Assembly: GCA_031414775.1 (NCBI GenBank)
Contig: JANOQI010000016.1
Location: 1 to 64,000 of the forward strand
Source: Synechococcales cyanobacterium VAR_4_metabat_354
GTDB lineage: Bacteria > Cyanobacteriota > Cyanobacteriia > Cyanobacteriales > Chamaesiphonaceae
Direction: 5' to 3'
DNA length: 64,000 nt
A program made the position numbers and the translations under genes. Positions 31,887 to 41,056 of this stretch are shown here, piece by piece. Each line of letters opens with the position of its first letter. Positions within the stretch are counted from its first letter, which is position 1. A model generated the notes under the pieces. That model had not been told where the DNA came from, did no database searches, and was given only the letters and a program-made list of their open reading frames with translations.

Positions 31887-32008
31887 AGCTTTGCCGACGT
31901 TTTCAGTCAGGCTTGTAAGATCGATCAATTTGAAAGCTTCTTAACTCGATCGCCAGACCCCAACAACCAGTAAGTTATAATCGACATACGAGACTCGGAC
32001 ACAACCGT

Positions 32009-32317
32009 ATGACTAGCAGCGAAATTAGCTATACCGAAGCACAGAGTAATTTAAGCGTTCTGCTCGATCGCGTAGCAGATAGCAAAGATATTATCATAGT
32101 CAAACGAGACGGCACCGATAAAAACGTCGCTCTCATTGCCGAAACAGATCTCTTAGAAACGGTCTATCTACTGAGATCTCCCGCCAATGCAACTCGATTG
32201 CATCGGGCGATCGATCGAGCCAAACAAAGAGATCTCCAAGGCTACCGACTTTCAGAGCCAGAGAATTCATTGCAATCGATCTCTGCATTGTGCGAGGAGT
32301 TAGGAATTGTCCGCTAA
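32009..32317 (+). CDS. Phd/YefM family antitoxin
   Basis: ISYTEAQSNLSVLLDRV..IIVKR..VALIA..LETVYLLRSPANATRL. Confidence 0.9.
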   Translation: MTSSEISYTEAQSNLSVLLDRVADSKDIIIVKRDGTDKNVALIAETDLLETVYLLRSPANATRLHRAIDRAKQRDLQGYRLSEPENSLQSISALCEELGIVR

Positions 32318-32441
32318 AAAGAAAGATAAGAATCGCTCCAAAAATTCTCAATCAGAAATAATTATCATTCAAAGGCAAATTATTTTTGATGAAGATTTTC
32401 GAGAATCGAACAGCTTGCCGTCTGTGACAGCAATCGCATAG
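32307..32441 (+). pseudogene. Truncated Txe/YoeB-like toxin (44 codons)
   Basis: TTG start overlapping the yefM end with a GAGGAG RBS. Reads MSAKKKDKNRSKNSQSEIIIIQRQIIFDEDFRE, then unrelated sequence and TAG. IIFDEDFRE resembles the YoeB N-terminal F-x-x-x-F-x-E-D-L start. Confidence 0.65.
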
Positions 32442-32509
32442 GTGCGGTCGGCAATCAACACCAGAGCAGGATGTTAAAATTGATGCTTAAATCATCATGG
32501 AGTAGCAAT

Positions 32510-33115
32510 ATGGCAATTAGTCAGAGTCCAGATGAGTGGTACCAAGCACATTGGCAAGAATTAAAGGAATATGTTGGTGAATGGATTGCATACTCCAAAG
32601 ATGGAGTAATTTCTCACGATCGTGATTATCTGACAATGATTGCTCAAGTTAAACTCGATCCATTGGAATACATTATCGAACGAATTTATGAAAACGAATT
32701 TGTTGAGCCAATCAAGATTTATCCTGTCAGATTTAGAACTGTCAAAGCCAGCGATTGGCAACCTAAATATTCAGTCACGCTCAGTTATCAGAATATTCGA
32801 CAGCTAAAAATCCTAGTTGATTCCGGTGCTGATTTTTGTTTGATGCCAAAACAGTTAGGCATCGATCTAGGTTATGGTGTAGGCACAGAAGAGGTAATGT
32901 CTAAAGCTGAAGGGGTGGGTGGAGAGGTAGATTACGTGCTTAGAAGAGTAAACGTGTCGATCGATAGTTATGCTTTAACTGTGCCGATTGCTTGGCTCCA
33001 AACTGATGATACTGTCGAATGTTTGTTAGGACGAGAAGTAGTGTTCGACAATTTTGATATTGAATTCAAGCAACGCGATCGACAAATTATCTTTAAATAT
33101 AGAGATAATAGTTAA
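32510..33115 (+). CDS. DUF5678-like domain fused to a retropepsin-like aspartyl protease
   Basis: N-terminus WYQAHWQELKEYVGEWIA..GVISHDRD; C-terminus LVDSGAD..LLGREVVFDNF (D-S-G motif plus LLG). GGAG RBS before the ATG at 32510. Confidence 0.8.
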   Translation: MAISQSPDEWYQAHWQELKEYVGEWIAYSKDGVISHDRDYLTMIAQVKLDPLEYIIERIYENEFVEPIKIYPVRFRTVKASDWQPKYSVTLSYQNIRQLKILVDSGADFCLMPKQLGIDLGYGVGTEEVMSKAEGVGGEVDYVLRRVNVSIDSYALTVPIAWLQTDDTVECLLGREVVFDNFDIEFKQRDRQIIFKYRDNS

Positions 33116-33170
33116 TACATCTGTACGAATAAATGTGGCGTTGTAGAATGGGATCTACCTGAAACTATGT

Positions 33171-33385
33171 GAGTGGGATTTCTCCTTGTTGGTTGGGTTG
33201 AGCCTCGAAACCCAACAGTCCCAGTGTTTGAGGCTCATTCGCGTAGCACACCGGAGGTAATCGTTGGCGCAGCCTACCGTTAGGTAATCGCCATTGAAGA
33301 GTATTTTTATACCGTGCCAAAATTATTGGTCGATCGTGTAGTATACCGGACGCAATCGACATCAATGATGTTGGGTTTCGCTGAG
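33171..33385 (+). repeat. REP-like dispersed repeat, copy 3 (longest, with inverted partner half and two insertions)
   Basis: GGGATTTCTCCTTGTTGGTTGGGTTGAGCCTCGAAACCCAACAGTCCCAGTGTTTGAGGCTC..; TGTTGGGTTTCG at 33369-33380 is complementary to CGAAACCCAACA. Confidence 0.85.
33238..33286. mobile_element. Two SDR5-like mini-insertions (22 nt at 33238-33259; 23 nt at 33264-33286) in CGATCG sites
   Basis: TTCGCGTAGCACACCGGAGGTA and TTGGCGCAGCCTACCGTTAGGTA, each directly followed by ATCG. Both are absent at the aligned CGATCGATCG position of copies 1 and 2. Confidence 0.75.
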
Positions 33386-33692
33386 GTATGATCGATTGTT
33401 TGCGATGTGATGCAAATATCTAAAAATTACATATTTACGCCAAAAATAGTTTTGAGGGCAGATTGAACAGGAACTCGATCGCTATGAAGAGATTGATAAT
33501 TATTTGAGCTTCGTGAACCGTACCATGCTGACGAGCTGTGGCAATACGTTCAATTTAATGTAGACCATGTGATGCCATTATCATTACCCAACAATCCTAG
33601 TGCCAGTATTGAGCACGATAGATTGCCAAACCAGGAATTTATTCGTTACATTTATTAATAATTCTCTGTTAAATGCAAAACCTTTAGCTGCC

Positions 33693-34751
33693 ATGCCTGA
33701 TACTCTCACCAAGCTCGCCTACCAAAACCTTCAGCAAGGCAAAAATTACTTGAGCTTTGCGCACAAAACCTTAGCCAACCAAATATGGAAGATGATTGTA
33801 CCCAACGATCGTCCGGTGATTCCAGTACCGCCACACCTCATCCCTCTATTACAACAGCGCGTTAATGACATGTTAGCGATCGATTGGCAAGATGCTGAAG
33901 ATGGAGTGTACCCTCAGAGTTTGCTATTTGATGAACCTTGGTTAGATTACTTGCTGCAATATCCATTATTGTGGCTAGATACCCCCAGCATATGGAAAAG
34001 AGTCGATCAGAAGAAATATCAGGATTTTGACAGTTCGATCGATACCACCGAATATCCCAGTTACTACATTCAGAATTTTCATCACCAAACCAACGGCTAT
34101 CTCAGTGATTCTTCGGCCAATCTCTACGACTTGCAAGTCGGAATTTTGTTTGGTGGAGCCGCCGATGCCATGCGCCGCCGAGTATTAGCACCGCTCAAAG
34201 CCAGTTTAAACAATTTCCCGGCGGTGCCAGCTAAACAAATACGCATTTTAGATGCAGCCTGTGGCACCGCTCGCACCCTGCAAGCAATGCGCGCTATGCT
34301 CCCCCAAGCCTCATTATTTGGGATCGATCTCTCTGCGGCTTATCTGCGCAAAGCTAGCCAATCACTCTCCCAAATATCCGGTGAATTACCACAGCTGATG
34401 CAAGGCAACATCGAAGAATTACCCTACATCGATAATTACTTCCATGCCATTACCTGCGTCTTTTCGTTCCATGAGCTGCCGCCAGCCGCGCGGCAAAAAG
34501 CGATCGAAGAGTGTTTCCGAGTCTTAAAACCCGGTGGTACCTTCATTATCTGTGACTCCATTCAAGTGCCTGATTCTCCAGAATTTGAGCCGATTATGAC
34601 CGCTTTTCAAAATACCTTCCATGAGCCTTACTACCAGAGCTACATGCAAGATAATTTGATCGATCGACTAACCAACGCTGGATTTGACTCTGTGCAACCC
34701 AACCAAGTTCACTTCATGAGTAAATATTTAATTGCTACTAAAGCAGCATAG
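33693..34751 (+). CDS. Class I SAM-dependent methyltransferase
   Basis: YYIQNFHHQTNGYLS, ILDAACGTA and FSFHELP motifs; probable ATG at 33693. Confidence 0.88.
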   Translation: MPDTLTKLAYQNLQQGKNYLSFAHKTLANQIWKMIVPNDRPVIPVPPHLIPLLQQRVNDMLAIDWQDAEDGVYPQSLLFDEPWLDYLLQYPLLWLDTPSIWKRVDQKKYQDFDSSIDTTEYPSYYIQNFHHQTNGYLSDSSANLYDLQVGILFGGAADAMRRRVLAPLKASLNNFPAVPAKQIRILDAACGTARTLQAMRAMLPQASLFGIDLSAAYLRKASQSLSQISGELPQLMQGNIEELPYIDNYFHAITCVFSFHELPPAARQKAIEECFRVLKPGGTFIICDSIQVPDSPEFEPIMTAFQNTFHEPYYQSYMQDNLIDRLTNAGFDSVQPNQVHFMSKYLIATKAA

Positions 34752-34849
34752 TAGTTAAACATTTAGTGGCTAAAAATTTTCGTTACAACTCATCGGTAAA
34801 GCTATAGAAAAAGACTTAGATTAGTGAAGTAGCACAAGTTTTCAAATTC

Positions 34850-35326
34850 ATGAACCCAAATATTACTAGCCCTCTTCCTCAACCAACAGATAGTGAATCA
34901 GCCACAGAATTAATAGATATCCAGTATATTGATGTAATCGAAACAGTGATTGGCAGCCTCGACCCCACCAAAACAGCAATGGTCAGCCATGACAAAGATG
35001 GCTACGTCTGGAAATTCACCTACGGTAGTGTCGAGATTTTTGTTCAGCTCACCGGTAAAACTGATGATGATGTGCTGACAATTTGGTCATATATCTTGAA
35101 TTTACCAAGGCAGCATCAGCCAGAGCTAATGCAAAAACTGCTGCAAATGAACTGGGATAGCACCTTAGAAGCAAGATTTGCGATCGTCGATACTCAGGTC
35201 GTTGTGATGTCCACCCGCACAGTAGCAGAATTATCACCCGGGGAAATTTCTCGGGCAATCACTCTGGTGGCGAATGTAGCTGATGACAATGACGACGACC
35301 TCAAAGCCGCCTTTCCAGCAATTTAG
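34850..35326 (+). CDS. YbjN-domain (T3SS-chaperone-fold) protein
   Basis: WKFTYGSVEIFVQLTG, LLQMNW..TLEARF and LSPGEISRAIT motifs. Confidence 0.78.
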   Translation: MNPNITSPLPQPTDSESATELIDIQYIDVIETVIGSLDPTKTAMVSHDKDGYVWKFTYGSVEIFVQLTGKTDDDVLTIWSYILNLPRQHQPELMQKLLQMNWDSTLEARFAIVDTQVVVMSTRTVAELSPGEISRAITLVANVADDNDDDLKAAFPAI

Positions 35327-35346
35327 CAATATCTGGGCAATATCAA

Positions 35347-35380
35347 AAAGGGAGAAGTGATATTAATCGCTTCTCCCTTT
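35347..35380. terminator. Bidirectional terminator between the ybjN-like gene and murA
   Basis: AAAGGGAGAAGTGAT..ATCGCTTCTCCCTTT hairpin between convergent genes. Confidence 0.8.
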
Positions 35381-35419
35381 AGCTTTATTTAATAAATCAA
35401 ACTAATTAATTAATCAGAC

Positions 35420-36790
35420 CTAGACCGCTACGGCGGGAACTGCTGACCTTAAAACTTTACCGCTATCATCAACAATCACTCGATCGATCTTAGCTCCTAA
35501 GTTCCGCAATTTTTGTTCAATATTCTCGTAGCCGCGATCGAGATGGTGTAAACCTTCCACCGTAGTCATTCCTTCTGCGAACAAACCAGCAATCACTAGA
35601 GCCGCTGAAGCTCTTAAGTCTGTAGCCATCACCGTCGCCCCAGTAAGTTTTTCTACACCCTGGATAATCGCCTTGTTTCCTTGCACCTGGATATTGGCAC
35701 CCATCCGCTGGAGTTCCGCCACATGTTGAAGGCGGTTTTCAAAGACCGTCTCGGTAATCACACTATTCCCAGCCGAAATAGCCAGCAGTGCCATAAACTG
35801 TGCTTGCATATCAGTAGGAAAATCTGGGTAAGGCAAGGTTTCAATATTCACCCCAGTTAAGTTCTTAGGAGGCAACACCCGCATTCTAGAACCCTCCGTG
35901 ACCACTTCCACCCCAATTTCAGCCAACTTAGCAATTGCCGCCGACAGATGCAGGGGCACTACGGGGAAAAGACTGATTTCAGAACGCATCATAGCGCCAG
36001 CTACTAAAAAAGTAGCCGCTTCTACCCGATCAGGAATCACATCATACTCAGTGCTATGCAGCTTTTCCACACCTTGAATCACAATGCGCTCGGTGCCAGC
36101 ACCAACAATCTTGGCTCCCATCGAAATACAAAAATCAGCTAAATCTACAACTTCTGGTTCTTTAGCCGCGTTGTCAATAATAGTCTCGCCATCAGCCAAA
36201 GTCGCCGCCATCATCAAGGTTTCGGTAGCACCTACACTCGGATAATCCAAATGAATTTTGGCACCTTGGAGCCGCCCATTAGGGCTAGTCGCTTTAGCAT
36301 GAACTTCGCCATGCTTAATTTCCACGGTGGCACCTAGAGCCTGTAAACCTTTGATATGTATTTTTACTGGTCGATCACCGATCGAACAACCCCCCGGCAA
36401 AGGAACTTGCGCTTCTCCTTGACGCGCCAAAATAGGGCCTACTGCAAAAAAAGCTGCTCGCAGCTTAGAAACCAATTCATAAGGGGCACTAAAACCAGTC
36501 ACTACGCTCGCATCAAAATCGATCGTATTGCCTTGACGTTTGACCTTAATTCCCAAGGACTCAATGATTTGACACATCTTACCAACGTCGGCGAGAGCAG
36601 GGATATTGTTAATGCGACAATCACCAGTACACAGTACCGCCCCAGCCATTAATACTAAAGCCGAATTCTTCGCACCACTAATTTGTACTTCTCCTGCTAG
36701 AGGATGCTGGCCCCAAATATGTAAAACAGACTTTTCGGTAGGTGAGGCCATAGATTTATAAGTTAGGCTATTAATGGGTTTGTCTTTCAT
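35420..36790 (-). CDS. murA: UDP-N-acetylglucosamine 1-carboxyvinyltransferase
   Basis: [31 protein letters not shown] and HLDRGY motifs. The start may be at 36751. Confidence 0.96.
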   Translation of the reverse strand: MKDKPINSLTYKSMASPTEKSVLHIWGQHPLAGEVQISGAKNSALVLMAGAVLCTGDCRINNIPALADVGKMCQIIESLGIKVKRQGNTIDFDASVVTGFSAPYELVSKLRAAFFAVGPILARQGEAQVPLPGGCSIGDRPVKIHIKGLQALGATVEIKHGEVHAKATSPNGRLQGAKIHLDYPSVGATETLMMAATLADGETIIDNAAKEPEVVDLADFCISMGAKIVGAGTERIVIQGVEKLHSTEYDVIPDRVEAATFLVAGAMMRSEISLFPVVPLHLSAAIAKLAEIGVEVVTEGSRMRVLPPKNLTGVNIETLPYPDFPTDMQAQFMALLAISAGNSVITETVFENRLQHVAELQRMGANIQVQGNKAIIQGVEKLTGATVMATDLRASAALVIAGLFAEGMTTVEGLHHLDRGYENIEQKLRNLGAKIDRVIVDDSGKVLRSAVPAVAV

Positions 36791-37027
36791 TCAGAATGTA
36801 ACAGCGGCTGAATTTTAATAATTCGAGCTATGTTCTACAAGAAAATCGATTTGCAGTATTGGTTTTTCATACGTCATGTTCTATTACAATCGCTTTGCCG
36901 CCGGACAAGCTGTTAACTGTAATACTTTTTATTGATAACTAGTATACCTAGATGTTAAAAAGAAAATATTTTTATTTCATCAATCCTCAGTAAAATCACG
37001 TAGTGTACAGCATTAACGGCTAAGATA

Positions 37028-38311
37028 CTATAAAAATTCTCGATTGAGATATTTGCGTAGTACGCTGGGCACGACCACAGTACCATCGGGTTGCTGATAA
37101 TTCTCCAAAACTGCTGCCATAGTACGACCCACGGCTAATCCAGAACCATTTAAGGTATGAACAAACTGTGTACCTTTTTTGCCAACTTCTTTATAGCGAA
37201 TATCTGCCCGTCGAGCTTGAAAATCGTAGAAGTTAGAGCAACTAGAAATCTCTCGATATTTGCCAGCAGAAGGCAACCAAACTTCTAAGTCATAGCACTT
37301 AGCAGCACTGAAGCCCATATCACCAGTACATAGTTCAACCACTCGATATGGTAGCTGTAAAGCTTGGAGAATTGCTTCGGCATTTTGCACTAATTTTTGG
37401 TGTTCCTGCTCAGAAGTTTCTGGCAGCACAAACTTCACCAACTCAATTTTGTTGAATTGATGCAGTCTAATTAATCCCCTAGTATCACGGCCATAACTAC
37501 CCGCTTCTCGCCGAAAGCAGGGGGTGTAGGCACAGTGATAGATCGGCAGTTGGCTCAGGTCTAAAATTTCACCGCGATAGAGATTAGTAACCGGGACTTC
37601 GGCGGTGGGAGTCAGCCACAGGTCGTCATTCTCACATTTAAAGCTTTCTTCACCGAACTTCGGTAACTGGCCAGTGGCTGTCAGCGAAGCAGTATTTACC
37701 AGTACAGGTGGGCTGATTTCGGTATAGCCTGCCTGGATTTGCTGATCGAGCATGAAGCTAATCAAGGCTCTCTCTAGAGCCGCGCCAGCCCCAATCAGGG
37801 TCACAAAGCGAGCTTGGGCAATTTTAGTACTACGTTCAAAATTTAATATGCCGAGCTTGTCACCAATTTCCCAGTGGGGTAACAACTGGTCGCTATTTTT
37901 GGGAATCAGTTCGTCACCCCAGCGGCGTACTTCCACATTTTGATCTTCGCTAGCACCATCGGGGGTACTAGGGCTGGGCAGATTAGGCAATTGCAGCAAG
38001 ATGATTTCCATCTGCTGTTTAATTCCCCGTTCTTGGGGTTCTAGTTCGGATAGTTGGGCTTTGACTTGATTACCTTCTTCCTTGAGGCTGATAATTTCGG
38101 GACTGGTGGGTGCAGTACCAGATCGCATTAGCTCGCCGACAGTTTTACCAATTTCGTTACTACGTGCTTGCAATTCACTGCGCCGCAGTTCGATCGATCG
38201 CTGCTGTTGATCCAATTCTACTAAGGGCTGCAAATTGTGATCGCCATGGCGGCGATCCAACTGAGCTTGCACAACGGTGGGATTTTCCCTGATTTTTTTG
38301 ATATCTAACAT
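37028..38311 (-). CDS. serS: Seryl-tRNA synthetase
   Basis: MLDIK start, [33 protein letters not shown] and [11 protein letters not shown]. Confidence 0.97.
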   Translation of the reverse strand: MLDIKKIRENPTVVQAQLDRRHGDHNLQPLVELDQQQRSIELRRSELQARSNEIGKTVGELMRSGTAPTSPEIISLKEEGNQVKAQLSELEPQERGIKQQMEIILLQLPNLPSPSTPDGASEDQNVEVRRWGDELIPKNSDQLLPHWEIGDKLGILNFERSTKIAQARFVTLIGAGAALERALISFMLDQQIQAGYTEISPPVLVNTASLTATGQLPKFGEESFKCENDDLWLTPTAEVPVTNLYRGEILDLSQLPIYHCAYTPCFRREAGSYGRDTRGLIRLHQFNKIELVKFVLPETSEQEHQKLVQNAEAILQALQLPYRVVELCTGDMGFSAAKCYDLEVWLPSAGKYREISSCSNFYDFQARRADIRYKEVGKKGTQFVHTLNGSGLAVGRTMAAVLENYQQPDGTVVVPSVLRKYLNREFL

Positions 38312-38377
38312 GACTAACCAGTCTTTTTTCCTCGCCAAGCTCTTATCCTAACTTGACTGGGGTCGAGAATCATCAAA

Positions 38378-38863
38378 TCAACAGCCCAAACTCTCTCTAG
38401 TTTCAACACCAGTCTGAGAATTTGTACCGGCAGCATTCTCACATAACAACTTGACTTGGGACCTGTCGATAATTGCATTGGTAAAGTCGGCACCAGTAAT
38501 TTTGGTGCCATAAAATCGCGATCTGGTCATAATGGCTTCCGCCAACACCGCATCTGTCAGATCAGCATTATCTAACGTTACTTGATCCAGTAAAGCGCCA
38601 GTTAGGTTAGCACCATGCAAATTAGCTTCCAGTAAAACGCCTTTGGTGAAAATAGCATTGGTCAAATCGGCCTTGCTAAAGTTGACCCCACGCATTTCAG
38701 CCGCTAAGAACACGCCTCCCACTAATTTATTCCCGGCAAAATCTCTGCCCTTCAGATCGATGTGGCTGTAATTTTGCAGTGCCGCAGCGGCTGGAGCGGT
38801 AGCCAATACTAAAAACAAACACAGTCCAGCTATGATTTTGCCGATTTTTTGCCTACAATTCAT
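38378..38863 (-). CDS. Pentapeptide-repeat protein with signal peptide (thylakoid lumen type)
   Basis: A(D/N)LxxA repeats, AxA cleavage site and C-terminal C..GTNSQTGVETRESLGC. Confidence 0.9.
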   Translation of the reverse strand: MNCRQKIGKIIAGLCLFLVLATAPAAAALQNYSHIDLKGRDFAGNKLVGGVFLAAEMRGVNFSKADLTNAIFTKGVLLEANLHGANLTGALLDQVTLDNADLTDAVLAEAIMTRSRFYGTKITGADFTNAIIDRSQVKLLCENAAGTNSQTGVETRESLGC

Positions 38864-38866
38864 AGG

Positions 38867-39088
38867 TCAATCCAGCTTCTCAAAAGATGAAACATTGAAG
38901 ACTTTACCTATCATGGCCGCCGTCATCGCGTCATCATCGACCGCCCCAGAAACTTTCACCTTGAGGCCAATATGGCGCAAATCGCGCGGACAGTCGAGCA
39001 ACTCATAGGTGGTGCCGTCGGTGGCAATTAAGGCCCAGGCTCCCATCCCAATATCTTTCTTTTCGATTGTGCCGGTCACCGTTACCAT
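38867..39088 (-). CDS. Small conserved beta-rich protein (OB-fold-like)
   Basis: VTGTIEKKDIGMGAWAL..GTTYEL..VKVSG..MTAAMIG; translationally coupled to the S8 protease. Confidence 0.75.
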   Translation of the reverse strand: MVTVTGTIEKKDIGMGAWALIATDGTTYELLDCPRDLRHIGLKVKVSGAVDDDAMTAAMIGKVFNVSSFEKLD

Positions 39089-40863
39089 TAAGCTTCTACC
39101 TCAGATTTCACTGCAAACCGGGCGATCCAAAAACAGAGCAAGGCGTTGATCGCCAGAAATGCTCTAGCGAACATGCTATCACCCATCATCCACACTTGCG
39201 GAGAATAAACAGCATTCACAGCTAGACAGGCCGCCGCCCCCAAGCTGAGGCCGATCGCGAACTGTTTACCAACCTTATTAGACCAGAGCACCACCAACAC
39301 AACAGCAGGCAGCACCACACTGGCAAATAGTGGATTCAAAATACCATTGCCAGCGATCGCATTGCCTAATTCTGGCAAGGAGCTACCCAAGACCCGAAAG
39401 GGAGCCTGGGGCAAGTCGAAGATATATAAACCGCGTAGGAAGAACAGACCACTACTCCCGGCCACCAGACCGCTCGATAAAGCCATTGTCCAAGAGAAAG
39501 GAAAAAGATTGCGAACTAAGAAAGCAAACAAGTAAGAACCAACTACCATCAAAATCTTGGGTAGCAATGCCACCGCCCCACCATCAAACCAAAAACGCAG
39601 ATTGAGGTAGCCATTTTGATTCAGCCACTTGAAGAAATCATTAAAGGTAATTTGACCTTTGCCAGCCATCTGCACCGCAGCAGAGGCATCTAACTGGCCG
39701 GAACCATAATGGTTGAGCGGGTCGTTGGCGATCGATCGAACGGAGTTTTGCAACACTTGAAAAACTGCTTCCGGCTCTTTGATGCCTACCGATTTAATTA
39801 AAGCCGCGACACCGGCTACATGTGGTGCCGCCATACTGGTACCTTGCAAACCCAAAACTTGAGCCGGTCCACCATCGGGATCGATCGTTTCTTGCCAGAT
39901 CTTGCTACCGTGACCACCGCCAGGAGCCGCAATATCGACACCAGCTCCAAAGTTAGAAAATTCCGCTTTCTCGCCTTTGGCATCAAAGGCCGCTACCCCC
40001 AGTACATGGTTATAACGAGCCGGATAGGAAGCGGAGTTTTGATTTTCGTTACCAGCCGCCGCAATCACTACCACTCCTTTGCTGTAAGCGTAGTTGATCG
40101 CCTCTTTCATCAAGGAGCTTTCACCACCACCACCCAGGCTCATGTTGATTACATCAGCGCCATTATCCGCCGCAAATTTAATCGATTCCGCAATATCAGT
40201 AATAGTGCCGCCGCCGCTGGCCGATAGCACTTTCAGGGGCATAATCTTCGCTTCGTAGGCCACCCCGGCCACACCATAACCATTATTAGTAGACTGGGCA
40301 ACTGTCCCCGCCACATGGGTACCATGGCCATTATCATCATCGGCGGCAACACGGTTATTCACAAAATCGTAACCAGCCACGAATTCGGTTTTTTCTAAAT
40401 CGGTCACGCGACTCACGCCAGTATCAATAATGGCCACGGTCACACCCGCACCGCGATTATTTTCCCAGGCTTGCTCGGCATTAATGTTGTGCAAATGCCA
40501 CTGCTTACTGTATTCCGGGTCGTTGGGAGCTACGGAGCTGCGGTAAATATAATTGGGTTCGATCGATTCCACGTCTTTGAACAGATCTGGATCTTGGCGT
40601 TTTAACAAATCCAAGGTGGATCTATTGCCTTTGATCGTAAATAGATGGTCTGTGGCCGAGAATTCACTGTTGAGCTGGGGCTGAAGGCCAAACTTGTCCC
40701 GGAGCTGTCGCACCTGCGCATCAATTTCCACCGCCAGAATGTCTTCGCGGAAATCGATCGCCAGGGAATCAAACTCCCCTCTGGTGGCTAGACCTTGGAA
40801 ATTAGCCAAAGCCACTCCAATGCCCACAATAAACAAGCCGCACCAGAACAAGAATTTACGCAT
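39088..40863 (-). CDS. S8 subtilisin-like serine peptidase with C-terminal membrane domain
   Basis: IIDTG, HGTHVAG and GTSMAAPHVAG catalytic triad; several C-terminal TM helices. Confidence 0.93.
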   Translation of the reverse strand: MRKFLFWCGLFIVGIGVALANFQGLATRGEFDSLAIDFREDILAVEIDAQVRQLRDKFGLQPQLNSEFSATDHLFTIKGNRSTLDLLKRQDPDLFKDVESIEPNYIYRSSVAPNDPEYSKQWHLHNINAEQAWENNRGAGVTVAIIDTGVSRVTDLEKTEFVAGYDFVNNRVAADDDNGHGTHVAGTVAQSTNNGYGVAGVAYEAKIMPLKVLSASGGGTITDIAESIKFAADNGADVINMSLGGGGESSLMKEAINYAYSKGVVVIAAAGNENQNSASYPARYNHVLGVAAFDAKGEKAEFSNFGAGVDIAAPGGGHGSKIWQETIDPDGGPAQVLGLQGTSMAAPHVAGVAALIKSVGIKEPEAVFQVLQNSVRSIANDPLNHYGSGQLDASAAVQMAGKGQITFNDFFKWLNQNGYLNLRFWFDGGAVALLPKILMVVGSYLFAFLVRNLFPFSWTMALSSGLVAGSSGLFFLRGLYIFDLPQAPFRVLGSSLPELGNAIAGNGILNPLFASVVLPAVVLVVLWSNKVGKQFAIGLSLGAAACLAVNAVYSPQVWMMGDSMFARAFLAINALLCFWIARFAVKSEVEA

Positions 40864-41003
40864 GATCGCTAGTTACAGTGAATGTATCCACCAGCATAGC
40901 TCAAGAAATCTCGATCGATCTCGACCAGAACCACTTCAAAATGATTTATCAAGATTAGACTTTTATAAATAAGTCTGCTGGACTTCGTTTTCGGACTTAT
41001 GAT

Positions 41004-41033
41004 TCCCCCAAATCCCCCTGAAGAAGGGGGACT
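41004..41033. repeat. Short C/G-rich palindromic element (CCCCCnAATCCCCCT..AGGGGGACT type) downstream of topA
   Basis: TCCCCCT-GAAGA-AGGGGGA hairpin preceded by CCCCCAAAT. Resembles a widespread cyanobacterial dispersed repeat; single copy in this window. Confidence 0.55.
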
Positions 41034-41056
41034 TTGGATTTTAGAAACTAGCTAAA

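Noticed and set aside
33165..33365. 66-aa minus-strand ORF
   Set aside because: It lies entirely within repeat copy 3 and its insertions and has no protein features.
33210..33376. Integron attC site (ACCCAAC..GTTGGGT fits RYYYAAC..GTTRRRY)
   Set aside because: Only copy 3 has both boxes intact, no clear L boxes are visible and there is no intI in the window. The inner edges of a REP doublet explain the pattern equally well. IntegronFinder would settle it.
30896..33385. CRISPR array interpretation of the three repeats
   Set aside because: The units are ~115 bp, degenerate, and separated by 0.75-1.3 kb of genes; there are no cas genes.
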